Positions 19,779 through 28,356 of a DNA stretch of 64,000 nt are shown here, in pieces (positions within the stretch are counted from its first letter, which is position 1; each line of letters opens with the position of its first letter). The DNA lies in the NCBI GenBank assembly GCA_013042055.1, contig JABDQW010000041.1:1540-65539 (forward strand), written 5' to 3'. The translations under genes were made by a program, and so were the position numbers. A model generated the notes under the pieces. The model did no database searches. It saw only the letters and a program-made list of their open reading frames with translations, and was not told the origin of the DNA. The DNA is from Gammaproteobacteria bacterium (GTDB lineage Bacteria > Pseudomonadota > Gammaproteobacteria > SZUA-229).

Positions 19779-19888
19779 ATACCAGTGGTATTTGTTGCAA
19801 AAAGCCATCAACGATTGCATGAACCCTCGGTGTCAAACCACCGCATCGTCTACATGCCGTTATTCCAGTGGTTTCGACCAGTGAAGCT

Positions 19889-20383
19889 TTACCGTTCAGC
19901 GTAATTTAGCGGTATTGAAACGCCAGTGTCACCATCTGCAAGTAACATGAATAAGCTAGCCCAGTTTTCATCGTTAAAAGTCTGCATGATATGATCACGG
20001 CATGAAAGCTTGTATTGTAGGACTTCCCGTTGTAGCCGGAATATTTCGTTTTGCATCTGCTGCAATCTTGCGGAGGAGACTGTCGGGGATATAGCTGCTT
20101 CCTTGATTGCGATACGCTTACGTGCGATTTTCTTCATCGCGGCTAGCATCGGCGTTGCACTCTGGTCGCGCCAGCGATAAAGCTCGGCAGCCTGTTCGTC
20201 GGTCAATCCAATAAAATCCTTGTTTTTTATTATGACCGGAAGCAGGGTGGGGAGATGACTTATTTTGTCGAGCTGTTCGATGGACGAGACGATGTTGTCT
20301 TCAACTCGCTCCAGTGAAGGATCAGCAGGAGCCATTGCCGGTAACGAGACGAGAAATAGTGTCAGTAATTTTGTCAGGTGCAC
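19889..20383 (-). CDS. Periplasmic protein with an LTxxQ motif (Spy/CpxP-like).
   Basis: Signal peptide, an LTDEQ motif and a helical composition. The assignment is tentative. Confidence 0.45.
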   Translation of the reverse strand: MHLTKLLTLFLVSLPAMAPADPSLERVEDNIVSSIEQLDKISHLPTLLPVIIKNKDFIGLTDEQAAELYRWRDQSATPMLAAMKKIARKRIAIKEAAISPTVSSARLQQMQNEIFRLQREVLQYKLSCRDHIMQTFNDENWASLFMLLADGDTGVSIPLNYAER

Positions 20384-20417
20384 GATTCAACCTCCTATTT
20401 GTTTGTTGAGCTATAAT

Positions 20418-20652
20418 CCTAGATTCCGCAGTTGATCGCTATTACTTCTAGTCAATTCTATGATTATTGCACAGTTATGCAGTATTTGACGTTCACCCAA
20501 TGGGTGAGTCGCTACACAGTTTATCGCCGCCCCGCTAGCGCCATGGCGGCGTTGCAACTTTTGCCAAGGACGACGGCCATTAGCTGCAAGTCGCGCCTTG
20601 CCCTGACGCTAGAGGTGCAGCGCTAAATCTGTGTTCAACTGCGGAATCTAGG
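20418..20652. mobile_element. MITE family 2 (about 235 bp; TIR CCTAGATTCCGCAGTTGA ... TCAACTGCGGAATCTAGG).
   Basis: Near-identical second copy at 33368..33595. Confidence 0.8.
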
Positions 20653-21250
20653 ATAATTTGGTCCATTTATGACGACCGTACGATGGCATCTCGTATACAT
20701 TGATCCAGCCTCAGCACTCACCGTGCCCGATATGGATTGGCTAGCAAACGTTTGATTACAGGAATTCGTCGTCTGCGCAGCGCGAAATCAGGTCGGACCA
20801 TAGCATGGTTTATGCGCTATGTTGCTGCAAGATGATGAACATTCGCGCTTATGAAACGCAACGTCTTTATGTGCCTGAGCTGGCCTGTAACGAAAGCAAT
20901 CGTCCATCTTTACCAGCTACTTACAATGTTTCAAACAGCCAACTAAGATACGATCATAGAACACGTGGCCATTATGCCTTGGTTATCGCATGCGGTGGGC
21001 GAATTATATCGCACGACAATCGAATATAGAAGTTGAGAAAAATCGTTTGGCTGATTAACGTCGAGTGTTCATCACTCGGTTCAGTTGTTGATTTATGTAA
21101 TCTACGGGCGAAATGTATGATTGTCTTGGCGTTATTTACGTTAAAATACGCAACAAGCTGGACCGGGCGATTAAATGTAAATTATTGTCATTTCCAGTGG
21201 CTATACACATGTTCCTAATTAACATCCGTGTGATCAAAAACGTTGACAAT

Positions 21251-21589
21251 ATGAAGTTGAATCAATATTTCCTGTGCATCATCATGCTATGGCTGTCTGG
21301 GTGTACTTGGGTTGAAACCACTAAAGAAGGTGGCGAGGTGTTTCTTGTCAAATCCTACAATGTGCAATCCTGTCAGCACCTCGGATCAACGAGATCGACG
21401 GTCAAGCATGAAATTGGGCCAATCACGAGAAGTGAAGACAAAGTTAGGGAAGAACTGGTGACTCTTGCGAAAAATCGTGCGGCAGATATGGGCGGGGACT
21501 CAATTGTCGCGGCTGGGCCTGCTACCGATGGTTCGATGACTTTTGACATATATAAATGCGGCGATTCACCACAAACGACTAGTGATTAG
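21251..21589 (+). CDS. Small lipoprotein, paralog of 12584..12895.
   Basis: Lipobox LSGC. Shared Cys/Gly pattern with the paralog. Confidence 0.5.
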   Translation: MKLNQYFLCIIMLWLSGCTWVETTKEGGEVFLVKSYNVQSCQHLGSTRSTVKHEIGPITRSEDKVREELVTLAKNRAADMGGDSIVAAGPATDGSMTFDIYKCGDSPQTTSD

Positions 21590-21604
21590 CAGCGGGAGCG
21601 AGGC

Positions 21605-22057
21605 ATGAAATCAAGAATATTTACGGCATCTGTGTTTTTTCTGAGCCTGATTTCCTGCACTGGGAGTGACGATACTACAGATAAGGCAAGCACAGTCAGT
21701 GAAACTACGCAAGATATCGTCGAGACAGGGGAGAACCGGACCGCAATACCCGAACTCCCAGTGTCAGCAAAGGTAACTTCGGCTACACCTGCGGAACAGG
21801 TAGCCGCCACCAATACGGGTGAATCGGTATACAACAGGGCATGTGCAGGCTGCCATATGACAGGTGCGGCTGACGCACCCAAGATCGGTGATAAAGCTGC
21901 ATGGGCAGACCGTATTTCACAAGGTGCTGATGCACTCGTAAATTCGGCGATCAATGGCATTCCTGGAACCGCAATGTTGGCGAGAGGAACTTGCAATGCC
22001 TGTAGCGACGACGACCTTAAACTCGCAGTCGACTACATGATTTCTCAGAGTCAATGA
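21605..22057 (+). CDS. Cytochrome c5-family mono-haem c-type cytochrome (lipoprotein-anchored).
   Basis: CAGCHMTG haem-binding site, downstream GIPGTAMLARG and C..C. Lipobox LISC. Confidence 0.75.
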   Translation: MKSRIFTASVFFLSLISCTGSDDTTDKASTVSETTQDIVETGENRTAIPELPVSAKVTSATPAEQVAATNTGESVYNRACAGCHMTGAADAPKIGDKAAWADRISQGADALVNSAINGIPGTAMLARGTCNACSDDDLKLAVDYMISQSQ

Positions 22058-22078
22058 ATCCATTAGTGATGGTCCAAT

Positions 22079-22357
22079 ATGTCTTATGATGCTTTAACCT
22101 TCTCGGCTGTCGTTATTACAGTCGTGATCACAGTTGTGATTATTCTGGTCAGCCGCAGTAACGCGAATAACGAAAGAAAAATGCGGCTGCTAGCCAAGCA
22201 CCTGACAATGCTGGAGAGCAATGAAGAAGCTCTCCAGTTGTGCAAAGAGATACATGAAAAATATCCTGACCTATGTGTCGGATTGGACTATACCTTCAGT
22301 GAAAGCAAAGATGGTGTCAAGATCGATCAGTGGAAATCGCATTTGCCGAAACCTTAA
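22079..22357 (+). CDS. Small membrane-anchored hypothetical protein.
   Basis: 92-aa ORF with an N-terminal TM helix. It could be non-coding. Confidence 0.3.
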   Translation: MSYDALTFSAVVITVVITVVIILVSRSNANNERKMRLLAKHLTMLESNEEALQLCKEIHEKYPDLCVGLDYTFSESKDGVKIDQWKSHLPKP

Positions 22358-22628
22358 TACAAATCGGAATTAAACACGTTGGCGCGCGATGATATGGGGG
22401 GATAGCTACGCTTAAGTCACGCGAGTATTGCGCTTGCTACCTTGACTTTGTTGTTATCAGGCTGGTTACTGGCGGATAGTCCGTCATTCGCCGAGCACGC
22501 GAACGATGCAACAAAGAGCACCGTGATGGGCAAGGTGATAAAAAAGTTCAGTTTTTAAAACCGGAATCGTGGGACAAGCGCAAATGAGTCACCGGACGCA
22601 AGCGGCTTATGAGAGCGAGTTCTACTGT

Positions 22629-23693
22629 ATGACAAGAATATTGTCATTTCTGGTGCTTCTGCTGGTCTGGGTGCCCTCACAGGCGACTACTCATTGTGTA
22701 ATCCTGCAATATCATCACTTCAGTGATCAGACACCTGCCATAACGAGCGTCAGTCCGGCACAGTTTGATGATCATTTGGCCTATCTATCGACACACAAGT
22801 TCAATGTTCTGCCGTTACGTCAGGTTGTAGCCGCGCTCAGGCAAAATAAGACGCTGCCGGATCGTTGCGTCAGCCTAACCGTTGATGATGCTTACCAGTC
22901 TGTTTATACCAATGCATTTCCACGATTGCAGAAGCTGGGTTGGCCGCTGACAGTATTTGTCAATTCCGAGGCCGTCGACCGGGGGCTTGCTTCATACATG
23001 ACATGGGATCAGATGCGCGAATTATCATCACAGGGTGTGGTTTTTGAAAATCACGGTCATGGTCATATCCACATGATTCGCAAAAATAGTGCTGAAAGCG
23101 ATCAGGATTGGCGACAAAGGATAACGAATGACGTCAATACAGCGCAGCGAAGAATTAGCGAAGAAATTGGTGATGCGCCACAGCTATTTGCTTATCCGTA
23201 TGGTGAATTCAGTCCCGCCACAGCAGAAATTATTGATGCAATGGGTCTTGTTGGTTTTGGTCAGCAGTCTGGGCCGGCTTGGTCGGGGGCGGATTTTGCT
23301 GCACTACCGCGTTTCCCCATGGCGGCCAAGTACGCCGAACTAAAGAATTTCAGGATTAAAGTGAACACATTACCATTACCCGTTGTCGGGCTATGGCCGA
23401 AAGACCCACTGCTGGTTTTACAGCAGCGACGTCCAACATTGAAGCTCAAGCTCGTTGCAGGTGCCTATTCGAAAGCGGAATTACAATGTTATATCAATGG
23501 CAGCAGCGATGTCGCGATTAACTGGTCAAGAGATATTCCTGACCAGTTGACGGTCACGCCAAATTTTGATCTGCGCCCTGGAAGGCATCGGACCAATTGT
23601 ACGATGCCGTCGCCTGAGAAGGGTCGTTTTCACTGGTACAGCCATAACTGGTTTGTCCGAAATCCTGACGGTAGCTGGTACTCGGAGTACTAG
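22629..23693 (+). CDS. Polysaccharide deacetylase (CE4/NodB-homology) family protein.
   Basis: Signal peptide. TVDDAY, FENHGHGH and related CE4 motifs. The stop TAG is the first 3 nt of a MITE family 1 terminus fragment. Confidence 0.7.
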   Translation: MTRILSFLVLLLVWVPSQATTHCVILQYHHFSDQTPAITSVSPAQFDDHLAYLSTHKFNVLPLRQVVAALRQNKTLPDRCVSLTVDDAYQSVYTNAFPRLQKLGWPLTVFVNSEAVDRGLASYMTWDQMRELSSQGVVFENHGHGHIHMIRKNSAESDQDWRQRITNDVNTAQRRISEEIGDAPQLFAYPYGEFSPATAEIIDAMGLVGFGQQSGPAWSGADFAALPRFPMAAKYAELKNFRIKVNTLPLPVVGLWPKDPLLVLQQRRPTLKLKLVAGAYSKAELQCYINGSSDVAINWSRDIPDQLTVTPNFDLRPGRHRTNCTMPSPEKGRFHWYSHNWFVRNPDGSWYSEY

Positions 23694-23746
23694 CCCGCAT
23701 TTCTCTCCCTGGTATCTGACAAAGGATATGAGTCCGCGAACAACGC

Positions 23747-23800
23747 TAATGAAGTAAAAGAACCTTTATTTTTAGCTGTCTTATTTGCGTGTTTTGCGTT
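23747..23800. repeat. Fragment of the CGCAAA-type palindromic repeat (family 4).
   Basis: TTATTTGCGTGTTTTGCGTTTTTGGCGGAC, similar to 51262..51345 and 62581..62686. Confidence 0.4.
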
Positions 23801-23851
23801 TTTGGCGGACATATTTTCATGAGTCATTAGTGTCCTTGATGACCTTGCGGG

Positions 23852-24487
23852 TTAGTTCACAATTTGACGTTTACCTAGTTTGCTGATGACCTCAGCGATC
23901 TCGTGGCTGAGCATTTCGATGGTCTTGCTCAAGGCGGTAGCAATTTCAGTGTATGAGGCTGCGGGTTTGATGGCGGTAGTGAATTCCGATTTTTTCATGA
24001 ATAATAAGCTGGTGCCCTTGTCGGTGCGAATACTCCAATTGGCGACAAGCGTCGCATTGCCTTGTCTGTCGGCATCAAGTTGCCATACATCGATCAGTAT
24101 TTGGTAGTTGATATCTGGCCAGTTGCGCGATGGGTGCAAGGTAACTTTATCGGTATTCAGCAGCAACGACAGATTCTCTGCAAGGATACGAGCGAAGTTG
24201 TTTTGTAGAGGCTCAGCCCAGCGGTGTGTTTCTGATAAATTCAGCTGTGTACTATCACTTCGGGTAACCATCTGTGTTCTATCGAGGTATCCCGGGAACT
24301 GGATGGGACCAATACCGATGTGCATCATACTATGCTGTTTAACTGGGATTGGTCTGGTGTCATTTTGTGACATTGGCTCCAATAGGTAAAAGTTTGATGG
24401 TGGTGTGGTACCGCATGCGCCGAGCGCTAATACCAATAAAAGTAGCGTCAGTTGCGCAGGTTTAGGTCGATAATTTGATGCGATCAT
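23852..24487 (-). CDS. ABC-transport auxiliary lipoprotein (PqiC/YmbA-like, DUF330).
   Basis: Lipobox LALGAC. The fourth gene of the Mla-like operon, as in the PqiC-type arrangement. Confidence 0.6.
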   Translation of the reverse strand: MIASNYRPKPAQLTLLLLVLALGACGTTPPSNFYLLEPMSQNDTRPIPVKQHSMMHIGIGPIQFPGYLDRTQMVTRSDSTQLNLSETHRWAEPLQNNFARILAENLSLLLNTDKVTLHPSRNWPDINYQILIDVWQLDADRQGNATLVANWSIRTDKGTSLLFMKKSEFTTAIKPAASYTEIATALSKTIEMLSHEIAEVISKLGKRQIVN

Positions 24488-24488
24488 G

Positions 24489-25394
24489 CTAATCCCGTGG
24501 ATTCTTGCCTTTAAACAGTGTTTCCGGCTGCCGTTCAATGGTTTCAGCAAACATACGTATCGAGCGAGCCGCATTGACGATTTCTTCCAATGCCATGTTG
24601 AGGTTGTAGATCTGGGTCGAATCTTCGCTTAATAATTGCTTTGTGTTACTCAAAAGTGTGTTTGCTTCTTGTAGTGTGTTTTGCAGGTCAAGCAGAGTCG
24701 TCGTTGCATTATCTGCAATGGGCTGGATGTTACGGTCGATGTTTTTTGTGAGTTTGTCGACCGATTGCAGTGTCTGTTTGAGTATGTTTACCGTTTGTAT
24801 GATATCGGGTGAATTGACGATCTGATTAATTGCCGTCAATGAGGAGGTGATGTCGTTCAGGATCTGCTCAATCGGTAGTCTCTGAAATTGTTCGCTGAAC
24901 TTTTCGATTGTCATCGGGATCGTCGGTATCTCGGGTAATTCACTGTCACCAAGATAGTGCGCGCGCGTGTTGGGATGGTAATCGAGTTGAATGGCCATTT
25001 GAGAGGTCAGTATGCTTTGCAAATGCAGTTGTGCACGCAATCCCAGTTCTTCGACCATGTAGGTAAGACGGTCTTCCTCGGGATCGGGTACGTGTAATTG
25101 TCTGACGATCTCGACTGCGTCTGGGTCGAATTGGACGATCACCGGGATATAAAACTCGCCATCGAGCGGGTGAAACTTTACCTCGATATCGATTACGGTA
25201 CCGATCTTGACACCCCGTACATTGACTGGAGCGCCTCTCTGCAGGCCTTCGACCGAGCCAGTAAAATACATAATGGCTTTTTGACTGTCCTTGAACAGGG
25301 CGACATTACCGAGTAGTAGAAATGCGCTTATCGCCAGTGCAATCGCAGCGATCACAAAAGCACCGATCAGCGTCGAGCTCGCACGCTTGCTCAT
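24489..25394 (-). CDS. MCE-domain substrate-binding protein (MlaD/PqiB-like).
   Basis: N-terminal TM helix followed by an MCE domain (GAPVNVRGVKIGTVIDIEV). Confidence 0.8.
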   Translation of the reverse strand: MSKRASSTLIGAFVIAAIALAISAFLLLGNVALFKDSQKAIMYFTGSVEGLQRGAPVNVRGVKIGTVIDIEVKFHPLDGEFYIPVIVQFDPDAVEIVRQLHVPDPEEDRLTYMVEELGLRAQLHLQSILTSQMAIQLDYHPNTRAHYLGDSELPEIPTIPMTIEKFSEQFQRLPIEQILNDITSSLTAINQIVNSPDIIQTVNILKQTLQSVDKLTKNIDRNIQPIADNATTTLLDLQNTLQEANTLLSNTKQLLSEDSTQIYNLNMALEEIVNAARSIRMFAETIERQPETLFKGKNPRD

Positions 25395-26173
25395 CGTTCA
25401 CCCCTTGTGAGGAAAGTCCTTACCGTCGGGTCTGGGGACTCCATACGTAATTTTTTCGGATCGCCTGTTGCTATCATGGTTCTGCTTGCTGCATCCAAAA
25501 ATACTGAATTATTGCCAATGGCGAATATACTCGCCAGTTCGTGTGTCACTACGACGACAGTGGTGCCTAGACTATCACGTAATTCAATGATCAGATCGTC
25601 TAGTCTGCGGGCGCTGATCGGGTCAAGACCTGCACTGGGTTCATCAAAGAAAAGAATCTCTGGGTCCAGTGCCATTGCTCGTGCCAGGCTGGCGCGCTTT
25701 CTCATGCCACCACTGAGTTCGGCGGGATAGTATTCTTCGTGGCCGGACAGTCCCACCAAAGCAAGTTTGTATGAAACCACATCACTGATTTCGGCAGCGT
25801 TCAGTTGTGTATACTCGGTCAGTGGTAAGGCAATGTTTTCAGCTAGTGTCATTGAGCTCCACAATGCACCGGCCTGGAACATAACACCAAAACGTTGTTT
25901 TATCTCTTGCTGCTTTTCCAGATCTGATTTCCAATAGTTGTCCTCACTAAAGTACACATCCCCAAGTGCGGGCTGCTTCAGGCCGATCATATGCTTTAGC
26001 AGGGTTGTTTTTCCACACCCGCTGCCGCCCATAATGATGAAAATGTCGCCATATTGAACAGAGAAATTGAGATTTTGTTGAATGACAAACTCACCGTACA
26101 TCATGGTCAGGCCGACCACAGAAATGTGAGCCCGGTTTGTCAGTTTTGGCCTATCGGACTTCATAGGGCGCAT
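25391..26173 (-). CDS. ABC transporter ATP-binding protein (MlaF-like).
   Basis: Walker A GGSGCGKTT, signature LSGGMRKRASLA and Walker B ILFFDEP. Confidence 0.85.
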   Translation of the reverse strand: MRPMKSDRPKLTNRAHISVVGLTMMYGEFVIQQNLNFSVQYGDIFIIMGGSGCGKTTLLKHMIGLKQPALGDVYFSEDNYWKSDLEKQQEIKQRFGVMFQAGALWSSMTLAENIALPLTEYTQLNAAEISDVVSYKLALVGLSGHEEYYPAELSGGMRKRASLARAMALDPEILFFDEPSAGLDPISARRLDDLIIELRDSLGTTVVVVTHELASIFAIGNNSVFLDAASRTMIATGDPKKLRMESPDPTVRTFLTRGER

Positions 26174-27325
26174 TCATATATCCAGCTTTTGCAATATGAT
26201 TGTGGTCAATGATGCCGCAACAACAATGCTGACAATACTCGTAACCACAGCTGAGGTGGTTGCTTGGCCCACAGCCTGAGCACTGCGGCCACATTGTATG
26301 CCCCGCAGGCAGCCAGCCAGAGCTATCAAGACGCCATAAAGCGTTCCTTTCATCATGCCGACGGTAACGTGCGTGAAATTCAACGCGCGCAGGGTCTGCT
26401 GATAGTACTCGTAAACGCTCAGATCGAATACGGTAACGGCGACAAAGACGCCTGCAGCAATCCCGACCAGGCCAGCATACAAGGATAACAGGGGCATCAT
26501 TAGAGTCAGTGCCAGCAACCGTGGCATAACCAGATAGTCCATTGGAGAAATACCGAGCGTCTGGAAAGCATCGATCTCCTCATTGACCTGCATTGTGCCG
26601 AGCTCCGCGGCGTAAGCAGCTCCGGTACGGCCCGCCATGATGATAGCGGTCATTAGTGCGCCGACTTCCCTGACCATGGCAATGCCGACCAAGTCGGCAA
26701 CATATATTTGCGCGCCAAAGCGCTCGAGTTGCAAGGCGCCCATGTAGGCGAGAATCAGGCCAACAAGAAAGCTGATGAGCGAGACGATCGGCAGTGCCTT
26801 TGGCCCGACCTGTTGAATAATGTACAAAAGTTCGGAGACGGTGTATTGGGCTTCGCCTGTGACCAGGCGTGCCATCGATTTCAGTGATTCACCCAGAAAG
26901 TGGAGCGCAGCAGGAACTGCTTCGATAGTATCCAGCGTGACATTGCCAACATGGCTGAGCAGATTTTCCTTTTGGTCGCGTCTAGTCGTGTCTTTACTTG
27001 CAGACGAGGATGACGCCAGGTCGAGTAATTTGCGTACACCGGAGGGTAAGCCATCTGGGACGAACTGAAGCTGGCTGAGCTCGCAGCTGCGATACAATTT
27101 AGACAGAAATACTAGCAGCCCTGAGTCCCATCGGGTGATGCCGTCCGTGGAAAATGTGATCCGCTCGAGTTTGGAAGCCGATGCGAATTTCTTCATCACT
27201 GCTTCAACAGACGGCAGTTCATCTCGCAGACACCATGAACCACTAAAGACCAGCTGCAAGCTAACAGCATCCGTAGTCTTGAGCTCAAGGGTGCTATTGT
27301 TATGAGTATTGTCTTGTGCAGTCAT
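26174..27325 (-). CDS. ABC permease (MlaE-like) fused to an N-terminal STAS/MlaB-like domain.
   Basis: C-terminal MlaE-type permease. The N-terminal ~110 aa are STAS-like. The track's N-terminal extension is encoded by a MITE and was not counted. Confidence 0.7.
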   Translation of the reverse strand: MTAQDNTHNNSTLELKTTDAVSLQLVFSGSWCLRDELPSVEAVMKKFASASKLERITFSTDGITRWDSGLLVFLSKLYRSCELSQLQFVPDGLPSGVRKLLDLASSSSASKDTTRRDQKENLLSHVGNVTLDTIEAVPAALHFLGESLKSMARLVTGEAQYTVSELLYIIQQVGPKALPIVSLISFLVGLILAYMGALQLERFGAQIYVADLVGIAMVREVGALMTAIIMAGRTGAAYAAELGTMQVNEEIDAFQTLGISPMDYLVMPRLLALTLMMPLLSLYAGLVGIAAGVFVAVTVFDLSVYEYYQQTLRALNFTHVTVGMMKGTLYGVLIALAGCLRGIQCGRSAQAVGQATTSAVVTSIVSIVVAASLTTIILQKLDI

Positions 27326-27333
27326 AACGCAGC

Positions 27334-27547
27334 ATGCGGGCTGGTGTTCGTAAGCGCTGCTCTGGAGCGAAAAGCGTAGCCATTGCTGCGGTTTGAGTGA
27401 AGAGCAAGCGTAGGGACACGAAGACCAGCCTGAACCGTGATAGGCATGCTCAAATAACACACTGTATTTCTGATCATCCTAGCTTTTTCCGAAGGGACCA
27501 ATGCCTTATCAGTATTCTACGCCGCCTGGTGAGCAATGTGGGCTAGT
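27334..27547. mobile_element. MITE family 1 copy, truncated at the left (right 214 bp).
   Basis: Matches the internal and right TIR consensus. It abuts the mla operon start. Confidence 0.7.
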
Positions 27548-27632
27548 AAAAACGGGAAAAGAAATTTAGATGTAACAGGCTATACTTAATTCTGTCTTGT
27601 ATAGAACAATATCAACGAGGTGGTAATCTGTC

Positions 27633-27980
27633 ATGGATTTCGATCAATTGCTGAGGTCGCTGAGAGAAAATCCGAGTGAAATTGAGTACGATGATGTGTT
27701 GGCTTTAATTGATGAATTGTACGAATTTACCCCAGTGAAATTCACGAATGGTGATCTGGTCAATGAGGCGGGCCGTAATTTGGGGTCATGCAAGATACTT
27801 GCGTTTGCCAGGCTCGTTCGCTTGACAGAAGAACAGGCATTGAATTGTTTTGGATCTTATTATCGCGATGATGTGCTCAAGTACCCGAATCATCTCGATC
27901 ATCCCAACATACGCAATTTCATGAAAGCAGGCTGGCAGGGCGTCAACTTTGAGGGCGTGGCGCTAAGATTGAAAGAGTGA
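27633..27980 (+). CDS. HopJ-family (type III effector HopJ1-like) small protein.
   Basis: About 115 aa with conserved FTP..F.NG...N..G.N.GSCK..AFA and NIRNFM..GW.G..F blocks, recalled from HopJ-family members. Confidence 0.55.
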   Translation: MDFDQLLRSLRENPSEIEYDDVLALIDELYEFTPVKFTNGDLVNEAGRNLGSCKILAFARLVRLTEEQALNCFGSYYRDDVLKYPNHLDHPNIRNFMKAGWQGVNFEGVALRLKE

Positions 27981-28118
27981 CGGTGTGGCGCACCATGCAT
28001 GCCGGGTACTGACCAGTGCTTAGCCCGCATTTCTCAACAGGCGGCGTATCGCGATGTCGCTAGAGATTTACATTGCGTATACTGAGCGGCTTTCACCTAT
28101 CCCAGCAAAGGCGAGCGG

Positions 28119-28325
28119 ATGAATATAGAGTCATTGCAAAGTGAAGTTCAGGCGCATGTGGATCGTGGTAACTATCATGCCGCCGTCAATATCGCACTAT
28201 CCGGATTGAATGCCTGTGTCAGGCAGCAGGATCAGGCCAGTGCCGATCAATGTCTGAACCTTATAGAGGCCGTCGTACAGCAACTCGTTCGCGAATTTGG
28301 CAGTCAGGATTATATTGATCGATAA
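28119..28325 (+). CDS. Small hypothetical protein (68 aa).
   Basis: ORF followed by a bidirectional hairpin terminator. No recognisable motif. Confidence 0.3.
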   Translation: MNIESLQSEVQAHVDRGNYHAAVNIALSGLNACVRQQDQASADQCLNLIEAVVQQLVREFGSQDYIDR

Positions 28326-28352
28326 AAAAGGCCAGTAGTACCGGCCTTGTTG
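28324..28352. terminator. Bidirectional hairpin terminator between convergent genes (AAAAAAGGCCAG...CCGGCCTTGTTGTTT).
   Basis: GC stem with A-run and T-run flanks. Confidence 0.45.
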
Positions 28353-28356
28353 TTTA

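Noticed and set aside
20660-21250. About 600-bp gene-free stretch containing the 74-aa and 61-aa track ORFs.
   Set aside because: The ORFs have an odd composition (Cys/Met-rich) and no RBS. The region is more likely a long 5' region or decayed sequence, but there is no positive evidence for any specific feature.
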